A stretch of DNA of 63,538 bases, counting the filler, from Welwitschia mirabilis (lineage: Eukaryota), in the NCBI GenBank assembly GCA_051453625.1. It is 6 parts of one record of this genome, joined end to end, with 100 filler letters (N's around TTAATTAATTAA, not from the genome) between each part and the next. Parts side by side here need not be neighbours in the genome. Positions count along the whole stretch, not along the records: positions 1 to 4,557 come from JBOZIK010000001.1; positions 4,658 to 11,774 come from JBOZIK010000001.1; positions 11,875 to 35,410 come from JBOZIK010000001.1; 3 more parts are not named here. One strand, given 5' to 3'. This document shows positions 1-13,304 of the stretch, one piece after another (positions within the stretch are counted from its first letter, which is position 1; every line of letters begins with the position of its first letter). The notes under the pieces were generated by a model. The model saw only the letters and a list, made by a program, of their open reading frames with translations. It had not been told where the DNA came from and did not search any database. A program made the translations under genes and the position numbers.

Positions 1-3000
1 TAAAACAATATTCATATTGCAATTTAATAATACAACATTTCAATAACATGATAATTACAACAATTGGGATTTCAATTAATCTAAAATTTTCCAAATATTT
101 CATTAAGCATAAACTTGTAAATTGATTAGAAAAGAAAAAATGTGGACTTGACATTTCTCACCTCTTAAGAAGTTTCATCCTCGAAACTGACAAAAGATCA
201 GGTCTCCACTAATTAATGTATGTTTTTGTTTTCTCCAAGTTGCTACTTTTATAGACTAGTTATATCATAATAGTCTTGNNNNNNNNNNNNNNNNNNNNNN
301 NNNNNNNNNNNNNNNNNNNNNNNNNNNNNNNNNNNNNNNNNNNNNNNNNNNNNNNNNNNNNNNNNNNNNNNNNNNNNNTTCATTAAGCATAAACTTATAA
401 ATTGATTAGAAAAGCAAAAATGTGGACTTGACATTTCTCACCTCTTAAGAAGTTTCATCCTCGAAACTTGACAAAAGATCAGGTCTCCACTAATTAATGT
501 ATGTTTTTGTTTTCTCCAAGTTGCTACTTTTATAGACTGGTTATATCATAATAGTCTTGAAATATTTCCATAATATGTATTCCAAAGTTATCCTTACAGT
601 TATATAAATCNNNNNNNNNNNNNNNNNNNNNNNNNNNNNNNNNNNNNNNNNNNNNNNNNNNNNNNNNNNNNNNNNNNNNNNNNNNNNNNNNNNNNNNNNN
701 NNNNNNNNNNTTCTCACCTCTTAAGAAGTTTCATACTCGAAACTGACAAAAGATCAGGTCTACACTAATTAATGTATGTTTTTGTTTTCTCCAAGTTGCT
801 ACTTTTATAGACTAGTTATATCATAATAGTCTTGAAATATTTCCATAATATGTATTTAAAAGTTATCCTTACAGTTATATAAATCTTTACAATCTTCTTA
901 AGTATTAATTTGTAATTCAAACTATGATTGGAGTTTTCATACATACATGGATCATGCAATATTGTCAAGCACTTCACAGTAAATCCTAAAGTCATGCTTC
1001 GCCTGCTTCATTTGACAAACTTACTACAAAGTACATATTGAAAGCTCTCTTAATTGCCTTCATATTGGAAATAGTTAGTATATGCTAGCCTTTAGCTTTA
1101 CTCTATTATTCTTCAATAAACAAATCTACACAATTTAGTATAAGTTATTAATACCATTAATCAAAGGAATCATAAAACTTACCCTTAGGTGAGATGCAAC
1201 TCTTCCTCACAAAGCTTAACTTGATGGTATATTGACATCAAAAATTTAGACAAACTCCTATGTTAATCATGACCTTTTAATATTTTCCATGATTATTAAT
1301 TATAAGAAAGGTTATGAATTAGCATATTTCTCATGCAAGAATTTTCTAAGAAAACAATTGAAATAAGTTAAACCACTTAATTTCATATGTTAAAATATCT
1401 CAATAACCTCCTTCCATTAACTAAAGCAAAATGTTCTTAAACCATTAAGTCTAAAAGTACAACTCAAATTGGAAACATGATAATCTCTTACTTTAAATTG
1501 TGACATACACTTCTAAAGTTGTTATGTAGAAATTATTCAAGCTTAAGTTTTAACATTGTATACTTCTTTCACATTACTCTTTTTTTTGTGCACTTCTTCT
1601 TGCAAGCTTCATTGCTACTTCTACATGTACAATTTAGTTGAATTTTTACTTCAATGATGGACGATATAGCATCTTAAAGTTTAATAAGTCAAGGACACAG
1701 TGTTTGAAATGAGGTTATGCAAGTATAGGCCAAATGAGTATACCAAATATTTTCAAATAGTTAAGAGCAAGCAGTGTCTAGTCCGTAAGGTTTAAGTTCA
1801 CAGTCCATCCAAACAAGATTACAAACTTTAATCATATAACAATAAGATTAGTTGATTAATGTTTACCAAGTATATAAGGATTGCAAGATGCATGCAAACA
1901 ATAACTGTAGATGAGGTTTAATTAATACAAGAATTTCTTAAGATAAAGGGTTATTTCAAGATTACTAACAATAGAATATAGGCTAACTAGATAAGCCAAA
2001 GAGTTAGTCCATTGATGCAAGNNNNNNNNNNNNNNNNNNNNNNNNNNNNNNNNNNNNNNNNNNNNNNNNNNNNNNNNNNNNNNNNNNNNNNNNNNNNNNN
2101 NNNNNNNNNNNNNNNNNNNNNNNNNNNNNNNNNNNNNNNNNNNNNNNNNNNNNNNNNNNNNNNNNNNNNNNNNNNNNNNNNNNNNNNNNNNNNNNNNNNN
2201 NNNNNNNNNNNNNNNNNNNNNNNNNNNNNNNNNNNNNNNNNNNNNNNNNNNNNNNNNNNNNNNNNNNNNNNNNNNNNNNNNNNNNNNNNNNNNNNNNNNN
2301 NNNNNNNNNNNNNNNNNNNNNNNNNNNNNNNNNNNNNNNNNNNNNNNNNNNNNNNNNNNNNAACCTCTAGATCTGACTAAATGACATCTTCTAAAGACAT
2401 GTTGTAGGTACTTCTTAATGATTCCTTTCAAAGTAATTCTAACACAATGATATTTCTAGCATAGAAAATGTCTCATAATCTTAAATCATTAGTTGAATTT
2501 TAAGGACTAAACATTTTTTGGTAGTCCCATAAATCTATCTCTTTTTCTTCCTTAAAGTTTATATGTTGCTCTATTATTAACAATAGCTGCATTTACTCTA
2601 CTTCTTCTTCTGATCATATCTAAATTTGAAGTGAAAGGTTTCTTCCATAGTTATATTATTTTGACATTCTTCCTTTTGTTCTAATATTTTTATTGAAGAT
2701 GCATAATTCTTCACTAATTTTGACCTTCTCTAAGGATTCTACAATGTCTTCAATTGAAATGATTTAACCTCAAATTACTAGATGTAGACTAGTTATAACT
2801 CTTTTGATGTTTACTTCTCCATACTTACTTATAAAATTGTAGAATTTGTTGGCCTTCATATTTATGAAAAGTTTCTGAGATGAATCTATCTCCATATCTT
2901 ATCCCAAATCTTCCAATTCATAAGTATTGAAATACCCCTCAAATTATTTTTACATATCGTCATACNNNNNNNNNNNNNNNNNNNNNNNNNNNNNNNNNNN

Positions 3001-4132
3001 NNNNNNNNNNNNNNNNNNNNNNNNNNNNNNNNNNNNNNNNNNNNNNNNNNNNNNNNNNNNNNNNNNNNNNNNNNNNNNNNNNNNNNNNNNNNNNNNNNNN
3101 NNNNNNNNNNNNNNNNNNNNNNNNNNNNNNNNNNNNNNNNNNNNNNNNNNNNNNNNNNNNNNNNNNNNNNNNNNNNNNNNNNNNNNNNNNNNNNNNNNNN
3201 NNNNNNNNNNNNNNNNNNNNNNNNNNNNNNNNNNNNNNNNNNNNNNNNNNNNNNNNNNNNNNNNNNNNNNNNNNNNNNNNNNNNNNNNNNNNNNNNNNNN
3301 NNNNNNNNNNNNNNNNNNNNNTCTCCATATCTTATCTTAAATCTTCCAATTCATAAGTATTGAAATATCACTCAAATTATTTTTACATATCATCATATTT
3401 TCACATTTCATTATATAGTCACTTCTTCTAATAAGTTGATGAGTAGTAAAGTTGAATGATTCTAATTTTCTTTACATACATATTAATTATGCTTCTACAT
3501 GTGCCATGTTGATGACACCTTAGAAAGTTGAAGGTTTAATTCTCTAAAGTTGCACCATCATAGAGTTGCTATCTTTCTATTCATTGCATGTTCATAATTT
3601 TATTCAATAGGTTGCTAACTAGTTTTATTATGATTGCAACTTCAGCTGATTAATTAGATNNNNNNNNNNNNNNNNNNNNNNNNNNNNNNNNNNNNNNNNN
3701 NNNNNNNNNNNNNNNNNNNNNNNNNNNNNNNNNNNNNNNNNNNNNNNNNNNNNNNNNNNTTCTATTCAGTGCATGTTCATAATTTTATTCAATAGGTTGC
3801 TAACTAGTTTTATTATGATTGCAACTTCAGCTGATTAATTAGATACCCTTCTTAGGGCTATGTTAATCTCATGAAAGTCAAACTACTCCTAATATAAGCC
3901 TATATTTTTAAGTTGAAATTCATAACATTATCAGAGTTCAACCAAGTGAAATTGCATACCACATTTAAATAATAGTTATGCCTAGTGAAATCATCAACCT
4001 ATGCTCTAATGTTGATATGACTTAATAATTTTTACACCCAACAATATTGCAACCTAGGCTTCAATGTCGAAATGTATTATGCCTTTACAAAAACTACACC
4101 TAGAGAATTCACAACCTAGTTCTCTGATACCA
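1..4132 (-). mobile_element. Highly decayed Ty3/gypsy (probably chromovirus) internal region
   Basis: Minus-strand PBS TGGTATCAGAG (initiator tRNA-Met) at 4122-4132. Minus translation near 1190-1310 gives SKFLMSIYHQVKLCEEE, resembling RT FSKIDLRSGYHQLRIREED. No long ORFs survive. Confidence 0.45.
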
Positions 4133-4327
4133 AAATGTAATGTCCTAAAAATCTATAGTTGAAAATTTTCAAACTCGATCCAATGCTCTAATACAAAAAT
4201 GTAATAACTGAAACTTCTATAGTTGGAAAATTTAACTTGCTTCAATACCAAAATGTAATGGTCAAAAATTTCTACAGTTGAAAGACTTCAAAACTTTAAT
4301 GTTCTAGAATTTGATACCCAGGAAATG
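3990..4327 (-). repeat. Tandem array of ~55-65 bp LTR-end + PBS(Met) units
   Basis: Plus-strand units: ctctgataccaaaatgtaatgtcc (4122), gctctaatacaaaaatgtaataac (~4185), gcttcaataccaaaatgtaatggtc (~4239). More degenerate copies: caacctaggcttcaatgtcgaaatgta (~4050) and caacctatgctctaatgttgatatga (~3995). Confidence 0.75.
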
Positions 4328-4760
4328 GCGTAAGAGTGGTAAAGGATTGGGTAAGAGATATGATTACGACTTATGTTAAAATCATAACAAAAACATATAG
4401 TAAGGACTCAAGAAACAAAAATCAAATACCATTTGTTGGGCAACTAAAAAAAATAGATATAAGACTCAAGGATATTTAGATAACTTAAGTGTAACCAAGG
4501 CAATTCTAATTGAAGGACATTACTAATAATATTCTCCTACTTATCCATAAATATTTANNNNNNNNNNNNNNNNNNNNNNNNNNNNNNNNNNNNNNNNNNN
4601 NTTAATTAATTAANNNNNNNNNNNNNNNNNNNNNNNNNNNNNNNNNNNNNNNNNNNNATAGCTTTTAATTAATTATTTTGATAGAGGATAAGAATGAGGA
4701 TTTAATTCCTTACTAAGTAAGTAACGTTCATAAGTTTTGAATAAGAAAAGCAAGAATTTT

Positions 4761-4890
4761 ATTTCGGGGTATTATAGCATTAGAGTAAGTCAAAATTTTT
4801 TAACATTAAAAATTTTAGGGCATCATATTTTGGTATCAGAGCATCAAGTATGAATATTTTCAATGGTATAACTTTTGGACGTTTCACTTA
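4761..4890 (+). repeat. Opposite-orientation copy of the LTR-end + PBS(Met) array
   Basis: atttcggggtattata (chromovirus-like LTR end), then ...ttttagggcatcatattttggtatcagagc (PBS 4831-4842), then ...ttttggacgtttca. This matches the reverse complement of the 4122 unit. Confidence 0.65.
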
Positions 4891-4985
4891 TTTTTACAAC
4901 ATCACCTAATTGAGTGAAGATTGATAATGCTTCATGAACTAAATTTGTATCATAACTAGATTAAAGTACACTATCTTGATATGAG

Positions 4986-6070
4986 TGTTGCAATGTGTAT
5001 TTATGCAAGTGCTTAGGCGCAAAAGGATTCTATTATTTATAAAATAAATAAATATGTTAAACAATATAACACACTAGTATGAGTAAGCGTAGACTCGAAA
5101 TGTCATATTCACATTGAAGTCTATGAGATGAGACTTAGGTTGCTTTGGAAAAGAATATAGGAACCATAAATAAATAACAAATGCAAAGAAATAAAGTACA
5201 ATGCACAATGCAAGATACAGATAATTTAAATAAAATGCAAAATGAACTAAAACTACTTGTTTTGAGCCTTAACAAAGGCTTCCCTTTATAATCTATATCA
5301 CATAAGAAATTATCACTAGATCAAGGGCAATATAGACTATAACGGTTATCAAAAAATATACAAAGCAAATATAAAAACAAAAATAAAGTTTATATTAAAA
5401 AAAACATAATAAGTATCTTGGTTACAAAATAGCTAGATCTCAATGGAGGATACACAACTATCCACCAAGCGCATGTCTTTCTATAACACTTAAGATAAAT
5501 CTCGCACCCTTCGACCTCTTGTCATAATAATTTCTAGTGCAATGAAAATAAGAAGAAGAGTCAAAGAAGGACTTATTTATAGGAAAATACAGCAGAAAAG
5601 GATAAATGGTAGGTGTAGTAATACATACTTCTTTACAAATTAGAAATAAACAAAATGGCCAAGGGTAGTTGTTAGAGTTGGTTACATATCAGTGTCGTCC
5701 GAACTATTGTTTGAATGACAAGGGGGATGAAAGAACATTATAAAATATAACTTAGATTGATGACTCATTAGTGATTCAGTGGTCCATATCAGTAGTTGTC
5801 ATCCTATCTATCATGAGGATGAAGAAGGATACGACGGTCTTCTTTAGTTATCTTTTTATGGAGAAACTAAAATTTTTATCAATAATCCTTCTCTAAAGAT
5901 CTATGCATTAGAAAGTGCCTTTAATACACTAAATTTAGATAAGAATCGCACTTTTCTAAGATTTTATATTGTATCTCCAAAATCTTCAGAATTGCACTTA
6001 AGCTTGAATAAAAGTCTTAAAAAACAACTCATAAAACCCCATTAAATAACCTTAAATTGGCAGTGCAACA
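4986..6070 (-). repeat. 3' LTR of Athila-type element
   Basis: Starts tgttgcaatg, ends cagtgcaaca; colinear with 13305-14379. Confidence 0.9.
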
Positions 6071-7144
6071 TAGCCCCTCACTTAGCTTTTGTCAATCCCT
6101 GATAAAAACTAGATGGAAAAACTATAATTGTGAGCTAATTTATTTTTTAAAATATAAATCCAAAAATTATAAAACAAGCTCATAAAACACATCACATGAA
6201 TAAATAATAAGTAATGCATAATATGTATGAAAATTTTGAAAATTTTTTATCATAAAAGATTTGAATTAGGTTAAAAATTTGAAAGTGAACCATGAAAATG
6301 GGTCTCTGCCTCCTTAAATAAAAAAAATATGTCCTGTATTTGAAAATAAAGAAAATAAAGTAAATAAGAGTGAGAAGGCATGTAAAAGAGGATAAATTTC
6401 TAAATGAAGTATAAAGTTGAATAATGTCAGATTTGGAAAATATAGATCTATGAAATATTCTAACAAGTAAAGAAAAAGAGTGAATAATAAAAATGTTTCA
6501 TTATAAAAAGAACATGAGTAGTGCTTACAACGCTAAAAATCTAAAGAAAACACTTATCAATGTAAGAAATTACCTTTTATTGAAAAATTGAATTAAGGAA
6601 AACATGCTAAGAAAATATGGTAATGACTTTAAAATGATTAATCAAACCATAAAAGAAAACAAGAAGAATGGATATAAGATAATATAAATAAATGAGAGCT
6701 TACCAACTTGATATTTTAACCTAACAGACTTCCATGAAAGTAATCATAACATCACTTAATGTGTAAAATGCATGACTCAATGTACAAAAATTCCATTTGA
6801 TAATATAGTAATTATGATGATGCTAGAGAAAAATGCTTTCAACAATGAATGGTTAGACCAAAGAATTACTTAAAAATGAACTCTCTTGCTATCATCTCAA
6901 AACAAACACCTAAATCTCAAGAAATGAAATGATCATGTAGAAAGACTGAGAGTCTAGGAAATAAGCAATGCCTCTGATAAGACTAGAAACACCACTGATC
7001 TCATAGTCTTAAAGTTTAAATATTATTCATGATGAGTGAAGTGCNNNNNNNNNNNNNNNNNNNNNNNNNNNNNNNNNNNNNNNNNNNNNNNNNNNNNNNN
7101 NNNNNNNNNNNNNNNNNNNNNNNNNNNNNNNNNNNNNNNNNNNN

Positions 7145-8097
7145 ATCACATTAGTATGAGTGGGAGTAGACCCCAAATGTCATATTCTCGTTGACGTCTA
7201 TGAGTATGAGACTTAGGTTTCTTTGTAAGAGAATATAGCAACCAAAAATAAATAATAAATGCAAAGAAATGAAGTACAATGCACAATGCAAGATGTAACT
7301 ATTCTAAATTCAAATGCAAAAGGAACTAATACTACTTGCTTTTAGCCTTAATAAAGGCTAACCGTGAGACTTTATATCACCCACCCGATTGNNNNNNNNN
7401 NCAAGGGCAACATAGACTATAAGGGTCATCAAAGAAACTATCATGTAAATATAAAAACAAAATAGGATTTATATTAAGAAAGAGTAACAAAAATTTTGGT
7501 TATAAAACATTCCTCTACTAAATACACATATTTCTATAACACTAAAGATGGATCTCATACCCTTCAATCTCCTGTCACAAGAGTGCCGATGCAATGAATA
7601 TGATAAGGAGAGTTGAAGGGATTTTTATTTATAACAACTCAGGAAAAAAAAGACAAACTATAGGTGCAGAAAGGCACACTCATTTACAACTTAGAAATGG
7701 ACCAAATAGCCATGGGTGATTATTAGAGTTAATTATATATCAGTGTCATCTAGACCATCATCCAAGATGACATGGGGGATGATAACATAGTATAAAATAT
7801 TTTCAAAATGATGACCCAGCAGCCCTCGTCCTGCCTATCGTGGGGATGATGGAGGGGACGATGATCTTCTTTTATCATTTTCTTGAAGAGAACTTTAGCA
7901 TTGTTGTTAATAATCCTTTTTTAAAGCTCTATGCATCATATGTTCCTTTAATACATCAAATATGGATAAGAATTGCACATTTTCAAGATTTCCTCTTGTA
8001 TCTCTAAAATCCTCAAAATTACACCTAAACCTGTATAAAAGTCCTGCAAAATAATTCATAAAATCCCATCAAGTAATCATAAATTGGCAGTGCAACA
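7145..8097 (-). repeat. Additional internal LTR copy (left end lost in gap), followed by a second copy of the 3' UTR
   Basis: Colinear with 5070-6070 and ends ggcagtgcaaca. 8098-~9085 repeats 6071-7044. Confidence 0.85.
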
Positions 8098-10719
8098 TAG
8101 CCCTTCACTTAGCCTTTGTCAGTTCCTGATAAAAAATAAGCGGAAAAACCATAAGTGTGAGCCACTTTATTTTTCAAAAGATAAATCTCGAAGTTATAAA
8201 CAGGCTCATAAAACACATTATATAGATAAATGATAAGTAATGCATAATGTGTATGGAAATTTAAAAATTTTATGTCATAAAAGATCTAAATTAAGTTAAA
8301 AATTTTTTGAAAATGAGCCATAAAAATGGGTCTCTGTCCCTCTAAAGAAAAAGCAATACATCGTGTATTGGAAAATAAAGCAAAGAAAGTAAGCAGAAGT
8401 GAGAAGGCAGGTAAAGGATCGTGAGAATAAAAACAATTTTTAAAATGAAGTACAAAGCTGCATAATATCAGATTTGAAAAATATAGAGATATAAAATATT
8501 CTATTAGGTAAAGAAAAGAGTGGATAATAAAAATGTTTTGTCACAAAAAGAATATAAGCAGCACTTATGATACCAAAAATCTAAAGAGAACACTTATCTA
8601 AGTAAGAAATTTTTATTGAAAACTTGAACAAAAAAAGATGCTAAGAAAATACGATAATGACTTTAAAATAACTAACTAAATCACAAAAAAAGTAAGAATA
8701 ATGGGCATAAGATAACATAAATAAAAGATAGCTTACTGATCTAATATTTTAACTTAGCAAACTCCCATGAAAGAAATCATAACATCACTTGACGTGGAAA
8801 ATGCATGACTTAATGTATAAAAATTCTATTTGAAAAGGTAGTGATTATGACGATACTAGAGTAAAAATTCCCTAAACAATTAATGATTAGACCAAACAAT
8901 TACTCAAAAAAAAACTCTCCTACTATCATCTCAAAACAAACATCCAAATCTCAAGAAATAAAATGATCATGTGGAAAGACAAAGAGTTTAGGAAGCAAGA
9001 AATGCTTTTGATGATACCAGGAACACCACTGATCCCATAGACTCAAAGTTTAAATACAACTTTATTATCTATGATGAGGGGAGTGCAACCATAGTTAGAG
9101 AAGTAAGAACTTGCAAAGCATGACCAACTGACCTTCTAGTGGATTTTTCACATCTATCATATTACATTGCCAAAGGCTCCTCTCAGAAATATTTGCCCAG
9201 TGTACTTGTGGTAGGACATTATGGTGACCATGTTTTTAAGATAGCATAAATATAAAACATCATGGTCTTTATTTCACTCTCTTCTCTTTTTTTTCCTTTA
9301 TTTTTTCTTTTTTTTGAAAGAAAAACAAATTCCACATGACTAAATACTCCAAAAGACAAAGGTAAAAGTCATAAGATTAAGATAGAAAATAACACTCTTA
9401 AATAATCTAGGATCTTTTCACCATTGAGAAAAATATAAAAATAAAACATCTTCCTCCATATTGAAGTTCATAGACTTGTGAATGTCATAATATTAGGTGA
9501 ATTCAATCTTAACACTAAAATTTTCAAGTTAAAAAAGTAATCATGAAAATAAATACATTAATCATGTTTGAAAAATGATTAAACAATGCCATAATAATAT
9601 TCCAAAGGAAAAAGCTAAGAGAAAATTTAGACGATTTGCTCATGAAATTTCAAATTTTACCCATTTAATTTCTACAATTCTCAAGTAGTCAAGTCAAAAA
9701 TATCAACATAGCCATAAAAATGTATTCTCTCAAAATAACAGAAAACAAAAATCAACATTTTATTAACTGTCATCCTACTCATCTTCTAGACGATAGACAG
9801 GATGAAAGAGGTAAGAAAAAAAAAATTGATTAGAAAACATAGAGAAATATTAGAAAGCCAAAAATTAACAAAACTAATTATCATCCATCTTGTTATGAGG
9901 ATGATAGAGGAGATGAAAGATTATTATTACTGAAAATAAAAGATTAAAACCACAAACAAAAACAAAAAATTAAAAATAGAAAATGAAAACAGAGACTCTC
10001 AAAATAGATAAATAAAATAAAAATTGTAAGGAAAATAAATTTTATTCAATTCCTAAATCTAAAGCACACTTTTACTAAAAACGAAAAAAGGAAAAACTAA
10101 GGATCTATTTTGATCTCAAGGTTTTCAGAGAAATAACGTCCAAACCAAAAATTTACTAATTGATAAAATAAAAGAGATGTGTAATTATTTCAAGTAAAAT
10201 CAATTAGATGAAGATAGGAGTAATGGAGAGCACTATATGATACCAAATTAAAGCATAAATTTTGGAAGTTACAGGAGAGAGAAATGGTAACTTTGGTAAA
10301 ATATTTTTATGGAATGCAAGAGTTTTATTTTAAATATCATAAAGAAAATTATATTCAAATCCATTAAAAACATTTTTCTCATCAAGATTATAACTTTTAA
10401 TTGGTTCATGTAATGGACAATCTTCCTCAAGATGTAAATCAAAAAGTTAAACTTTCTTACACTCTAAAGGTTAAATTTATTCTTCATTCTTAAGTTGGTC
10501 ATCATAAGGTAAATGCTCATTTGATTTCATCCATCTTTATTCAAGTGGATTGTGTTGTAAAAATAAAGTGGATTTGCTGTTATCTTCAATGTTCATTTCA
10601 TCACCTAAATCTTTATTAGCTGCATAAAAAAATCTATTGATAAATATTATATTTTCAAAATAACATTTAATTATTCCTACTCTTGTGTCAATGATGTAGT
10701 GGGTGGTTTCACAAAAGGC

Positions 10720-11043
10720 TCAACTTAGAAGTAAAAGATATCCTCCATTATGCTTAACTTCTATGATAACCACATCTATGGTATAGAAAACATCTTCAAT
10801 TTGTATTGCCAAATCTTTAATAATGCCTAACGATTCCTTAACTGATGTATACGCTAATTCTAAGACAACTGGAGTAGGCTCTATTCTATCCTTCAGATCA
10901 AATCTCTTATAGATGTAAAGTGGCATAATATTAATACTCACTCCAATGTCAATCAAGACTTTTCTAATCTTTTTATTTCCCTCCAAAGTAACATTCACTG
11001 TTGCTACTATTGGATCATTAAATTTGGGTAATTTGTATAACAC
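10720..11043 (-). pseudogene. Retrotransposon aspartic protease remnant
   Basis: ORF with KVLIDIGVSINIMPLYIY...LELAYTSVKESLGIIKDL, matching the Athila ALCDLGASINLMP pattern. Confidence 0.85.
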
Positions 11044-11874
11044 TCAATTTGTGAGGGATTGGACAAGAAAGACTTTGCTAGGGATAACTCATTTATGTTT
11101 TCTTCTTATTAAGTCTTTCCACAAGTTTGAATACCTTGGTTTTTCTTGTAAAACTTTATAAAAGGATAATTTTATACTAATTTTTTCATTAACTCTTTTA
11201 AATTATCATTGAAAGTTAAATTATTGTTAATCCTATCTATCTAAGGAGTGATTTGTTGAGAAGGATTTTATTATTCTTTTTGTCAAGACAAGGGAAGTTA
11301 TGATCTTCTAGTATTTTAATGTTCTCTTCCTCTTCCTCTTCATCTTCTTGGGAGGTGGAAGGTTCATATGAAGGAGGGCTTATTTTGCCTTACAATCTTT
11401 TCTTAGTTTATTTGAATTTGGTAAAAGTTATGTTTCTAGAGTTCCTTAAGGTCTTTGATTTGATAATATTATTTATTGAAAGATGTTTACTATGTTTTCT
11501 ATAATGGCATTTGTTCTTCTAAGTTCATACCTCAGGTTTCTGAGTTGATCATTTAAATGTTGTTTTTTCTATATTAGCATTTGTTCTTCTAAGTTTATCC
11601 ATAAGGTTTATAAGTTGATCATTTGGATGTTGAAAGTTTAATGAACTTGGTGGGTAGTTTGCATTTTGAATCAATTTCTAAAAGGTTGAGGATTGTTTTA
11701 AAAATGAGTGTTCAACCTTGGTTGTACTTGATGGAAGTTTTGAGATGGTTGGTTGAAAGCACAAACTTCTTCTANNNNNNNNNNNNNNNNNNNNNNNNNN
11801 NNNNNNNNNNNNNNNNNNTTAATTAATTAANNNNNNNNNNNNNNNNNNNNNNNNNNNNNNNNNNNNNNNNNNNN

Positions 11875-12840
11875 TTCCCTTATAGGATTTAATGGGTTGT
11901 CTTCTACCTCTTTTTGCTTGTTTTAATCCTTTGATAAGTTGGCCTATTGTTTAATTTTCTTTTGGTATTGACCAAGTTTTGCTAACCTTTATAATTTCTT
12001 CTAATTTTGTCCAGGCATCATTTAAAGTTAGGTTCAAGAGGTTTTCTCCACAAGAAAAATCTACAAGTTGTTTTATGTGGGAAGTCAATATATTATAAAA
12101 GTAGTTTAGTTATGCTACCTTTATAAAATCATCTACTAGATTAGAATGGATTGCTATGAAGAAATACTCATATGTGGAGGCATGGTTTTCATTTGGATTT
12201 TGTTGAAAATTTATTACCTCCCTCTTTATTTTTCTTATAGTTTTTTCACTTATGAATCTTTTTATAAAGGTTTCCTGGACTTGATCTCATGTTTTGAGGA
12301 TTTTGTAAGGTAAAGTTTTTAACCATAACTTTGCCCTACCTTTTAAAGTTATGGGAAAGATCACCATGTATGGTCTATAGGTTATTCTTTCCTTCCCATT
12401 TTTTGAGGTAAGGATAAGTTGTTCAATATCTCCAATATGTTGAATGGGATCTTTATCTTCTTCTCCACTAAAAGTTGGATAAGCATGTATATTATTAAGC
12501 TCTACATCATCCCCAAAGGTAGGTCAAATGGTGTTTGAATTTCTCTATTTTTGTTGGCTAATAATTCCCTAATGGTAAGGTTGGCATTAGGGGTAGAAGA
12601 TCCTACTACTTATTTTTGTTTATGGGAAGCACTCAACATTGTAGATTGGTCCTCTCCTTATATAGGTTTTTCATTAAGTAAATCAGATTCAGAAAAACTA
12701 AATTCAGAAGGAGGATTTAGTGTACCTAGAGATTTTTCTTCCAACTCTTTTCCTATGTTTACCAGTGCTTCTTTGAGGTTCTGTTCTATCAGCTTCTTCT
12801 CTCTAAGATATTTCTTCTTTAGATTGATCATATTAAAGCA
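11875..12840 (-). pseudogene. Retrotransposon gag remnant
   Basis: Minus translation contains PTFSGEEDKDPIQHI and IFPITLKGRAKLWLKTLP, typical of Athila Retrotrans_gag. Stops and frameshifts present. Confidence 0.75.
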
Positions 12841-13304
12841 TCCTTTAAGTAGAAAACAATAGAAAATAGATCAGAAAATAACAGACCATCATCCTGACTG
12901 TCGTTTGGACGATAGAAGAAATGATGCACATAGAAAACAAAAAAAATAGAAACAGAACCAAAATGCAAATAGAAAGAAAAAATACAAAAAAACATCTGTC
13001 ATCCATCTTATCATCTAGAAATCACAAAAGATGATAGAGTAATTTATTGTAGAGAAAAATTAAAATCTTAAAATAAAACTGAGAACAAAAATAACATAAT
13101 GTTGTTTTGTCTATTGTGGGGATGACAAAGGGGACGAACACACCTTTTTACAGAAAACCGAAAACCAAAATTAAAAAATAGCTAACAAAAAATCCTAAGC
13201 TCCTAATAAAATACAATGCTAAACAGACAAATAACCAAAATACTTTTCTAAACGATGATAACCCTAGTACTCCTTAATAGCCTTCCCTAGAAATGGCGCC
13301 AAAA

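Noticed and set aside
99-883. Near-identical ~200-bp block repeated three times
   Set aside because: Each copy is bounded by a 100-N gap, so it is most likely unmerged contig overlap. The same pattern occurs at 2889/3321, 3575/3760, 17931/18151 and 23140/23779.
3990-4327. CRISPR-like repeat-spacer array
   Set aside because: Eukaryotic TE context, degenerate repeats, spacers related to one another and no cas genes; it is a PBS/LTR-end tandem array.
4602-4613. ttaattaattaa islands inside N runs (also 11819, 35455, 40470, 62138)
   Set aside because: Always centred in a 100-bp block of N; an artificial all-frame-stop scaffold spacer, not biology.
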